From: a virus
Strand: one strand, 5' to 3'
DNA: 64,000 nt
Virus record (IMG/VR): IMGVR_UViG_3300019889_000007
Coordinates: 24,763-88,762 of that record
Shown: positions 19,919 to 27,194 of the stretch, piece by piece
How the letters are laid out: every line of letters starts with the position of its first letter
How positions within the stretch are numbered: position 1 is the stretch's first letter
Notes under the pieces: generated by a model
What the model was told of the DNA's origin: nothing
The model's database searches: none
What the model saw: only the letters and a program-made list of their open reading frames with translations
Translations under genes and position numbers: made by a program

Positions 19919-20281
19919 ATGAACACTAGATCTGAGTTCCACATCGGAGACATTCTGACGGTGCTGCACGGCTTCATGGTGTGCCCCGGCGGGATGCATG
20001 CTGTACAGGCTTTTGCCGAGTTCATGGCTGGTGAGGAAGTATGGACTCACCAAATGACTCGGGTTCACCGTGAAGCGGCCGAACCGCTGCGCCAACAGTT
20101 TCCCGACCTGGCAGCAGTGAAGATACCTCTTGGTTTGAACACCGAACAGGCCGTTCTTGAGTGGTTGACTTCCCTGGAACCGCAGTTCGGGGTCACCAGA
20201 ATGGTGGCACCGCTGTCGCCTGACCAGCACGAACAACGCGACCCGATTCTGGAACTGTTCGAAATGCTCAGTGACCGGTAA
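19919..20281 (+). CDS. Hypothetical phage protein
   Basis: FHIGDILTV...FMAGEEVWTHQ...QQFPDL pattern. Confidence 0.65.
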   Translation: MNTRSEFHIGDILTVLHGFMVCPGGMHAVQAFAEFMAGEEVWTHQMTRVHREAAEPLRQQFPDLAAVKIPLGLNTEQAVLEWLTSLEPQFGVTRMVAPLSPDQHEQRDPILELFEMLSDR

Positions 20282-20846
20282 GGAGCGGTACGTGGCGTTG
20301 ACGTTTGAAGAGGCGTATTCGATGGGCAAGGCGTCTCGACTGGCCATGGATCAGCATGGTTTGGGCCGGAACGAGTGCATCATCGGTACTCGTGTGGGGT
20401 TGGCCGTGGCGAAGTACTTCGGTACGACGGCGGTACCGGTGGCCGGGGAGGTGGTGGCACAGAACGCCGTCACCGGACGCCGGATCAGCGGCGGCGACAT
20501 CGAGTTCACCCCCGACGGAAACGGCGAATTCGATTCCACATGGGCGTTGCATCTGTGGATGATCTTGGACAAGCAGTGGCTGGTCGATGTCACCGCCGAC
20601 CAGTTGGATATCCCGGAGAAAAACTTCCACATCGGTGGACCACTGGTGGTAGACACGATGGGTCAAGCTCCTCGGGCGGGTACCAAGTTCGCAGCGATCC
20701 GGGAAGACCCCAAAGACCCGGATGCGACGGTCGGCGTGGAATACACGGTCGTCGGGGACGGCGTGTGGCGCCACTTCCGGCCGTGGAAGGAAACGCATCT
20801 GTGGAAACCTATCGCGGCGACCGCCATCAAAATGCTGACGGACTAA
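20271..20846 (+). CDS. Transglutaminase/papain-like Cys-His-Asp protein (putative)
   Basis: NECI...HLWMI...VDVTADQ. Confidence 0.5.
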   Translation: MTGKERYVALTFEEAYSMGKASRLAMDQHGLGRNECIIGTRVGLAVAKYFGTTAVPVAGEVVAQNAVTGRRISGGDIEFTPDGNGEFDSTWALHLWMILDKQWLVDVTADQLDIPEKNFHIGGPLVVDTMGQAPRAGTKFAAIREDPKDPDATVGVEYTVVGDGVWRHFRPWKETHLWKPIAATAIKMLTD

Positions 20847-20854
20847 ATCACCGG

Positions 20855-21040
20855 TCACATCGCGGTGCGGATGCGTTGCAGGATGGCCGAGAAGTCCCCG
20901 GTGACGGCCAGTTCGGCGTGCTCGGTGCACACCATGTGTCCGTTGACGATCGTCAACGGTAGACGGTCGGCCAGGGTTTTCCGGGTAACCGGTGGATCGT
21001 CGAACAGGCACAGGTAGCAGACGAAGTCTTCGGATTTCAT
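20855..21040 (-). CDS. Small Cys/His protein
   Basis: CYLC...CTEH. Confidence 0.5.
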   Translation of the reverse strand: MKSEDFVCYLCLFDDPPVTRKTLADRLPLTIVNGHMVCTEHAELAVTGDFSAILQRIRTAM

Positions 21041-21128
21041 CCGTTCATTGTGGCGCGCGGGCGGCCTGGACGCGCCCCGCTATCGCCAGAGCCACCCGCA
21101 TGTCCGATTCGTACCATAATATGTGGGT

Positions 21129-21833
21129 ATGGGGGAGAATGCACCGAAAGAGCTCGTTGATCTCGGCAAGACCATCGCCAAAACCTTCCCCGGCGGGCAA
21201 TTCTCCGGCGTCATCGGCGACCAAGCCCACGTCTACGGCTACCACCGGTCCCGCAACGCCCTCAAAGCCGCAGGTAAAACCGGTGACTACTCCCTCCAGT
21301 TCGCATTCGACAAATCCGGCAACGGCGACGACGCCGCAGGCGTCGACACCAACCTCAAACCGGCCGACATGCGGACCGCCACGTCCCGGCTCCTGGCCGC
21401 CGCCAAAGCCAAAGACCCACGCCTGGTCGCGCTACGAGAATTCTTCGGCACCCTCGACGGCAAGAACGTACGCGGCTTCGACCTGGCCAAACACCAAGAC
21501 TCCAACGGCGCCGACAACTCACACCTGTGGCACCTGCACCTGTCGATCAAACGCCGCTACACCCGCAACAAGACCGCACTGAACCTGATACTCGCAGTAA
21601 TCCGGGGGGACGACCTGATGAGCGCCAAAGACCTGTGGGCATTCAAAATCCCGCACACCGACACCACGCACCGCGTCACGTACTGGGCCGACCAGAAAGA
21701 CATGACCGCACAGTCATGGCTAAGGTCCGGCGCCTACCACGCCGCGCTCGGGCGGCAGGACATCCTGGCCGAACTCAAAGAAGTGCGGGCCGAAATCGCG
21801 GCACTTCGCGCCGAAATCGCCGCCAAGAAATAG
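21129..21833 (+). CDS. Endolysin, LAS/M15-like Zn peptidase
   Basis: IGDQAH..GYHRS, AAGVD, SHLWHLHLS motifs; coiled-coil tail. Confidence 0.72.
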   Translation: MGENAPKELVDLGKTIAKTFPGGQFSGVIGDQAHVYGYHRSRNALKAAGKTGDYSLQFAFDKSGNGDDAAGVDTNLKPADMRTATSRLLAAAKAKDPRLVALREFFGTLDGKNVRGFDLAKHQDSNGADNSHLWHLHLSIKRRYTRNKTALNLILAVIRGDDLMSAKDLWAFKIPHTDTTHRVTYWADQKDMTAQSWLRSGAYHAALGRQDILAELKEVRAEIAALRAEIAAKK

Positions 21834-21878
21834 CGCCAACGCGAGCGCAGACAGTTCACCACTGGGCTTTCGACATCG

Positions 21879-22172
21879 TCATGGCCCAGCCTGACGCAGC
21901 ATCTGGGCGTACGTGTACTGCCCGATGCTGGCGGTACCTGAGGGACTGACGATCGTGATCCGGTAGGTGCTGTTCTCCACGCTGCCAGTCGAGTAGATGT
22001 CTTTGCGGATTACCCACGGGGGCGTATCGAGGTGGCACCCGCATTCCAGGACGTACCCGGTGATGACATCACCGGCCACCGTTTGCAGGCGCGTCGTGGT
22101 GGCCTGCGGAAACCAGTGCTGGTTCCCGCAGGCCACACACAACTGGCCACTGGAGCAGGTCAGAACGGCCAC
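21879..22172 (-). CDS. Small Cys-containing protein downstream of Ro60
   Basis: Overlaps the Ro60 stop; CVAC...ECGC. Confidence 0.45.
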   Translation of the reverse strand: MAVLTCSSGQLCVACGNQHWFPQATTTRLQTVAGDVITGYVLECGCHLDTPPWVIRKDIYSTGSVENSTYRITIVSPSGTASIGQYTYAQMLRQAGP

Positions 22173-23815
22173 ACGGCGTCCTTACCACTCTCCAGGGCCG
22201 GGATCATTCCGAAGGCCGCATCGGAAAGTCCACCGAAAACGTACCGGTTGGGCGTATCGGGTAGATGCCCGAACTTGTATCCGCCCAAGTTCCACGTGTA
22301 AATCGGGATGTTCGCGGGCACGACGTCGTCGATCTTCTTCGGGACGTCCATGACGACCCGGCCCATGTGGTCGAAACGTCGCCGCGTCTCGGCCCAGTAC
22401 CGGCTGGCCACACTCAACGCCTGAGTCCACCCCGGATTGGTCTGCTCATCGGTGATGATGACGACCCGGTCATGCTTGTCATAGGTCATGACCACCGCCA
22501 GCTGCGTATCGGTACCGCCCATGTTGCTGAACTTGCCCATCGTGCGCAGCACCGAGTCGCCACGGGTGAACGGGATACGTTGATGGGCCGTGCCGTACTG
22601 GTACAGGTCAGCCGCCTCGGCACGCAACGCGATCACCGACCCGAACAGGCTGGCTTTCTCGTTCAGACCGAGCTGCTTATGGTTGCCGCCGTAGCCGTAC
22701 GGGAACATCGAGCTGGACTGGTCCACAAGCACCAGGGTCCGGCCATCGAAAGCTGGCACGCTCGACACTGACACCGCCAGGGCTTTCTCCAGGTACTCGC
22801 CCCATCGCAGCGACCCGACGTTCTTGTGCGCCGAGTAGAACCGGAACGGCAGCTGCCGGGACCGTTTGATCTGATCGGCGCTGGCCAGGCGGTCCTGCAC
22901 CTGCCGGATCGCGGCATCGGGGAGTCCGGCCTTGTCGAAGTTCGCGAGGTTACGGATGAGCGCCATGATCCCCATCGACGGGATCGTGGCTTCCCACATT
23001 TTCTTTTGGCTCGCACCGATTTGCCCGGCCATGGAAATGGAGTCTTCCCACGTCAATCCGGCGTCTGCCAGTTTCGTCGACAGGGTTTGCACGGTGACGT
23101 TGTCGATGCCTTCGGCCAGGATCGCTTTACGGACGGCCCGGTTGGTCCACACCTGCCCCAGGATGCCCAACGGCACGGGAGTGTCAGGGTTGGACCGGTG
23201 CTTGGCAATGTACCGGAACAGGGACGACTGCTCTGCTGAGGCGGGTTTTGGGTGGACCAACGCGATGACGTCGGCGAACCGGAACGTGTTGTTCCGGGAG
23301 TCCCACTTCAAGAAGTTGAACTGCGTGTACAAGCGCCGGACGGCATCGGCGATACCGCGTTTGATCGGCTGCGGGATCTTGCGGCCGTACTTCGTTGTCC
23401 AGTACGCCAGGGCTTCAGCGGGCTCGTCAGCGCGCACTATCACCGAATCGATGAGCTTTCGGCCGCCCGGCAGGCCCGCGATCCGCATCGCGTCGGCCGC
23501 CTCCACCGCACCCACCAACGACGCCGAACGCATGTTGGCCTTATTGCGTAGCCACGGTAGGAACCGGGCGATCCACTCCGGGTCCACCACGGCCACGGCC
23601 TGAATCAGATGCCGGTACCGGTTGTCACGATGATCGGCCGCCTCATAGAACGCTTCGGTGGACACCATGTTCGACACGGCCAACAGAAACAGTTCAGATC
23701 GGGGGTCCCGCGAATAGGCGGGCGCGTTGTGGAAGTTACGGCCGTCGGCGACCGCCGATCCCCTGATCGGTGACTTCTGCCGGACGGCAGCGCTGGCGGT
23801 GTTGAACTTACCCAT
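22160..23815 (-). CDS. rsr: Ro60/Rsr TROVE-domain RNA-binding protein with vWA domain
   Basis: SELFLLAVSNMV..EAFYE, RADEPAEALAYW...KIPQPIKRG, MALIRNLANF, SRQLPFRFYSAH, MIDAS DQSSSM, GGTD, IITDEQ. Confidence 0.97.
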   Translation of the reverse strand: MGKFNTASAAVRQKSPIRGSAVADGRNFHNAPAYSRDPRSELFLLAVSNMVSTEAFYEAADHRDNRYRHLIQAVAVVDPEWIARFLPWLRNKANMRSASLVGAVEAADAMRIAGLPGGRKLIDSVIVRADEPAEALAYWTTKYGRKIPQPIKRGIADAVRRLYTQFNFLKWDSRNNTFRFADVIALVHPKPASAEQSSLFRYIAKHRSNPDTPVPLGILGQVWTNRAVRKAILAEGIDNVTVQTLSTKLADAGLTWEDSISMAGQIGASQKKMWEATIPSMGIMALIRNLANFDKAGLPDAAIRQVQDRLASADQIKRSRQLPFRFYSAHKNVGSLRWGEYLEKALAVSVSSVPAFDGRTLVLVDQSSSMFPYGYGGNHKQLGLNEKASLFGSVIALRAEAADLYQYGTAHQRIPFTRGDSVLRTMGKFSNMGGTDTQLAVVMTYDKHDRVVIITDEQTNPGWTQALSVASRYWAETRRRFDHMGRVVMDVPKKIDDVVPANIPIYTWNLGGYKFGHLPDTPNRYVFGGLSDAAFGMIPALESGKDAVWPF

Positions 23816-23855
23816 CGTGAGTCCTTTGTGGCGTACACGGGGAGGTGCGGCATGA

Positions 23856-24007
23856 GCCGTCAGGGATCTGAGAAAAAATTGACCGGAGACACGAACCGCT
23901 CTGCCGCTGAGCTAACTGACGCTTACACGAAAGTCTTGGATTCGAACCAAGGACCTGTCTCTTGAAAGGAGAAGTAGCTCCGGTCGTCGCACCAGTGCCC
24001 TGACGGC
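23856..24007 (-). ncRNA. yrlA: YrlA-type Y RNA #1 (permuted tRNA mimic; Glu UUC-like loop)
   Basis: Terminal stem GCCGUCAGGG/CCCUGACGGC, GGUGCGA...UUCUC Ro-site region, UACUUC, T-arm CUUGG-UUCGAAU-CCAAG preceding D-arm UAGCUCAGCGGCAGAGC; adjacent to rsr. Confidence 0.9.
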
Positions 24008-24014
24008 ACAAGCC

Positions 24015-24173
24015 GCACATCCCGAGAAAAAAGTTGCCGGAGAACACGGTGGCTTTGGCCGCTCGCCCACACCGGCCTGTTACGGACCGGCGGCAGGATT
24101 CGAACCTACGAGACCTTTAGGGTCACCCATTTGTCAAGAATGAAGTAACTCCAGCTATCGCACCGGGATGTGC
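24015..24173 (-). ncRNA. yrlA: YrlA-type Y RNA #2 (Ser UGA class-II tRNA mimic)
   Basis: Terminal stem GCACAUCCCG/CGGGAUGUGC, GGUGCGA, UUACUUC, variable arm GACC-CUAAA-GGUC, T-arm GUAGG-UUCGAAU-CCUGC, closed acceptor-like stem, D-arm GGCGAGCGGCCAAAGCC. Confidence 0.9.
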
Positions 24174-24232
24174 AACACCGAACACCATACCCACACGGTT
24201 ACGTCTACGCCACGCATTTGCGTGAAGTGGAT

Positions 24233-24388
24233 GTCGCGCCCACCGAGAAAAGAGAATCGACCGGAGTTGAGAAACTTGCTAGCGGCCTGCCAATTAACCG
24301 ACAGTAGACTCGCGAAGGGTCTACCGGCAGGACTCGAACCTGCACAACCAACGGAAGTAACCCCAGCCTTCACACCGGCGAACACGAC
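24233..24388 (-). ncRNA. yrlA: YrlA-type Y RNA #3 (no anticodon-like arm)
   Basis: Terminal stem GUCGUGUUCGCCG/CGGUGGGCGCGAC, GGUGUGA, UUACUUC, T-arm GCAGG-UUCGAGU-CCUGC, closed stem CGGUAGAC/GUCUACUG, D-arm GGUUAAUUGGCAGGCC. Confidence 0.88.
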
Positions 24389-24395
24389 AACACTC

Positions 24396-24424
24396 ATAGT
24401 AGCCATGTCGTGTCTGCCTGTCAG
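24396..24424 (-). promoter_or_regulatory. Sigma70/HrdB-type promoter for the Y RNA-rsr operon
   Basis: CTGACA-N17-TACTAT, with 7 nt between the -10 box and the 5' G of Y RNA #3. Confidence 0.75.
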
Positions 24425-24472
24425 CTAGCGGTCCGTTGCCACCCCAAGAACCGTTGATACGAAAGAGAACCC

Positions 24473-24990
24473 ATGAAACCTCGTCTGGCCGTGACCATAT
24501 CGTCCTGACCGCGTTCCTGATCGCCTGTGGCGCACCCAACCGCGACGTCAGAAACGAAGGCCCCCAAGCCACCGACCCTGCCGACACCTCCAGTGCCACC
24601 ACGGCCGCCGCCGATACTGACGCGGCCCTCGGCGAAACCCTCAACATCGACGAGGAAGCCCGCGTCACCGTCACCGAAGTCGACACGTCAGTGGAGTCGG
24701 ACAACCAGTTCGATGAGCCTCGCTACGGTGGCTACGCCTCCGCCGCCGTCGAAGTCGAAGCACTCGAATCGATGCTGGTCACCGTGACCGACTTTAAACT
24801 GATCGCCAAAGACGGCACTGCCTACAAATCCATGCTGTTCGTATACGGGTTCGACGGAGTGCTCGAACATCAGACCATCAAAGCCGGGCAGAAAGCCTCG
24901 GGCCTGGTCATATTCGATGTCGACCCGAAAAACCTCGGCGACGGCGGCCAAATTGAATACGACGGCTCCGCGTACTGGAGCTTCAAATAA
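24473..24990 (+). pseudogene. DUF4352-like lipoprotein, 1-nt frameshift in signal peptide
   Basis: SD plus MKPRLAVT frame stops at 24508; adding 1 nt near 24498 gives MKPRLAVT(I)IVLTAFLIA-C lipobox joined to the DUF4352-like domain (GQKASGLVIFDV). Confidence 0.65.
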
Positions 24991-25179
24991 CTTACGCCGT
25001 ATGTCGGCGACGGCGACCCTCCGTGCGTTATCGTCGATGTCAGAAGACCCCGGATGACCTCTGCTTGCATGTCACCGGGGTTATTGCATTCTCGCCGCCC
25101 GGCCAGCCATCGGGATACTGCGGCACCTGCACCCCGCATGCCCCGCCACCTGTCCATCTACCAAGGAGAACACCACAAA

Positions 25180-25632
25180 GTGATACCCAAACGGGTAGTC
25201 GTACGTGAAGGAATTTCGTACGGATTCATCGCTGCGGTCACCATGGCCATCATCGCAATCCTGGCCATCGGATGGTGGGGCTTTAGCGTCCTGATCGCCG
25301 AACCCAAAGGCATCGGCGACGAACACAAAGCCGTCAACGACGTCGACAACCGCATCCAATCCCAAGAGTGGTTCTTCGACACCTACAACGACATCCTGGC
25401 CGCCGACATCAACCTGCAACAGGCCGCCGAAGACAAAGCCGACAACCCCGGCGACGACTTCCACGCCACCAACTACACCGGCCTGAAATCCCACTGCCAA
25501 GGACTCGTCAGCGACTACAACGCCGAAGTCCACAAAGTAACGTCACGGGACTACCTGGACGAGCAACTGCCCGACAAGATCCTCGACACCAACCCGGCCA
25601 CAGACTGCAAGGAAGACAACCCGATCCAATGA
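25180..25632 (+). CDS. Membrane-anchored protein
   Basis: AAGGAG SD; N-terminal TM; ATGA-coupled to a lipoprotein. Confidence 0.7.
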   Translation: MIPKRVVVREGISYGFIAAVTMAIIAILAIGWWGFSVLIAEPKGIGDEHKAVNDVDNRIQSQEWFFDTYNDILAADINLQQAAEDKADNPGDDFHATNYTGLKSHCQGLVSDYNAEVHKVTSRDYLDEQLPDKILDTNPATDCKEDNPIQ

Positions 25633-26237
25633 AAATCAGCATCGACATCACCAAACGCAGTCTCATCCGCGCCACCGCTTTGATCACCGTTGGCGCCGTA
25701 TTGACTGTCGCCATCACCGCGTGCACCTCGGCCAGCCCTGTGCAAGAGAAAAACCAGCAGATCACCGAAGAAGCGTTCGCCCAGCAAGAAGAAGCTGTTG
25801 GGTACCCGCTGGACGAGATGACGAACTCGCTGGAACGTCAGAACCTTCGCGAGCGTCTCCTGCGGTACAACAACCCGAACAAAATTTCCTACATCTACCT
25901 GCTGTCCGAAATGGGCGGCATCTACGCCTACTACACAGTCGAAGGCAAGGTCACGGCCAACGGCTCGCAAATGCTGGCCCAAGACCTGCTGACCAGGAAA
26001 TGCGACGGCGGCGGCGGTACATGCAGCGAACCCATGGTCACCACCGGTCCCGGTGACGACGGCTCCTACGGCCCCAGCGAACCCGGCATCTTCTTCTTCA
26101 CCACCGACGGTGTCATGGTGACCTGGTCAGGCCCATACCTGATGACCGACGCGCCCATGAAAATCGACGAAGGATCAGTCACCCTGGAATACCAAGACGG
26201 CTCCAAACCCTCTTCCACCAGCGGCGAACAAGACTAA
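25629..26237 (+). CDS. Lipoprotein
   Basis: Signal peptide with lipobox AITA-C; DDGSYGPSEPGIFFFTTDG. Confidence 0.75.
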   Translation: MKISIDITKRSLIRATALITVGAVLTVAITACTSASPVQEKNQQITEEAFAQQEEAVGYPLDEMTNSLERQNLRERLLRYNNPNKISYIYLLSEMGGIYAYYTVEGKVTANGSQMLAQDLLTRKCDGGGGTCSEPMVTTGPGDDGSYGPSEPGIFFFTTDGVMVTWSGPYLMTDAPMKIDEGSVTLEYQDGSKPSSTSGEQD

Positions 26238-26248
26238 AGATCCACAAA

Positions 26249-26280
26249 GGGGCCGGGCGTCGCGCGACGCCCGGCCCTTC
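26249..26280 (+). terminator. Hairpin terminator
   Basis: GGGCCGGGCGTCG / CGACGCCCGGCCC. Confidence 0.65.
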
Positions 26281-26324
26281 TCCTGCCATACCCTCACCCT
26301 AACAACCACTACCAAGGGGCACCC

Positions 26325-26642
26325 ATGGCACAAGAGACAGATCCACACAGGATCACCCACCAGGAGATACAGCGGCGAGTGCTGCTGCACGACGTCAACG
26401 ACGAAACCGGCAAGGTCATGACCGGCGTCAGGTACCACTTCCTGTCGCTCATGACCACCCTGGCCGACGTCCTGCCAGTGTGCAAAGAGACATCGCGGGC
26501 GATCAACAGCCTCGACGACGCCCTGCGTGAATCCATCTCCGCGCTGGCTCGTCACCAGGACGGCCTCGACCTGGATGCCAGCCACAAACGGCTGATGGAC
26601 ATGGTCAACGCCACCAACACGGACACGGCGACCAATAAGTAA
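26325..26642 (+). CDS. Acb2/Tad1-domain-like small helical protein
   Basis: EIQRRVLLH...VR..FLSL...LPVCKETSRAINSLDDALRESISALAR parallels the RF.YH...P.SREKSLA.TKLEEA.MWANAAIAR pattern. Confidence 0.6.
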   Translation: MAQETDPHRITHQEIQRRVLLHDVNDETGKVMTGVRYHFLSLMTTLADVLPVCKETSRAINSLDDALRESISALARHQDGLDLDASHKRLMDMVNATNTDTATNK

Positions 26643-26775
26643 AATCCCGAGTCGTAGCCGCTGCGGCGCCATTGGAAGTGTGCCAACCCCAATTGGCCGG
26701 GACGCCTGGCCCCGCAGCGGCTACCCCCAGACACAGAAAAAGCGGCCCGCTTGGGGCCGCCGCGTACCACCGGTC

Positions 26776-26994
26776 TTACGCGGTTCGCAACTCCGCGTAC
26801 CTGTCCATTCGGGCAGCCGCCTCAATCACCGCCGAATGATCCCCCTCGTGTTCGCTCTTACGCAGACACCAGGCGTCGAAAGCAACGGCGGTAGAGGCCC
26901 CACATTCGCCGCAGGCGGCCTGGCGGTGCTTGAACCTAGGTACGACCGCCGAGAACTCGTGCAGCTCTACGTTGGCCAACCAGGGCGGTGTCAT
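26776..26994 (-). CDS. Small Cys/His protein
   Basis: CGEC...CLRKSEHEGDH; ATGA coupling. Confidence 0.55.
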   Translation of the reverse strand: MTPPWLANVELHEFSAVVPRFKHRQAACGECGASTAVAFDAWCLRKSEHEGDHSAVIEAAARMDRYAELRTA

Positions 26995-27194
26995 GAGGTC
27001 CCCTTCTTTCGGATCGCGACGGCCGCGTTCATCGCCGCGCAGAACTGTGCGGCAACTTCGCCACTGAACATGACACCCATGAACTCACCCTCGGTGTCGC
27101 CATTGCGGTGCCGGTAGATGTTGCGGTCCTGGCTGCGGCCGACCCGCCACCATTCGTCGGGGTCAAGGATGTCGACAGCCGGTTTCTCAGTCAT
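26991..27194 (-). CDS. Hypothetical protein
   Basis: WRVGRSQDRNIY; ATGA coupling. Confidence 0.6.
   Translation of the reverse strand: MTEKPAVDILDPDEWWRVGRSQDRNIYRHRNGDTEGEFMGVMFSGEVAAQFCAAMNAAVAIRKKGTS

Noticed and set aside
23856-24388. Three GTTCGA(A/G)TCC T-loops as a tRNA gene cluster
   Set aside because: The T-arm precedes the D-arm, the acceptor stem is a closed hairpin and there is no CCA end; these are permuted mimics, not tRNA genes
23856-24388. CRISPR-like array
   Set aside because: Units are ~155 nt with shared structure, not identical short repeats with spacers; no cas operon is present
23808-24428. ORFs 23808-24047, 24155-24406 and 24168-24428
   Set aside because: They overlap the structured RNAs and have no protein-like motifs or SD
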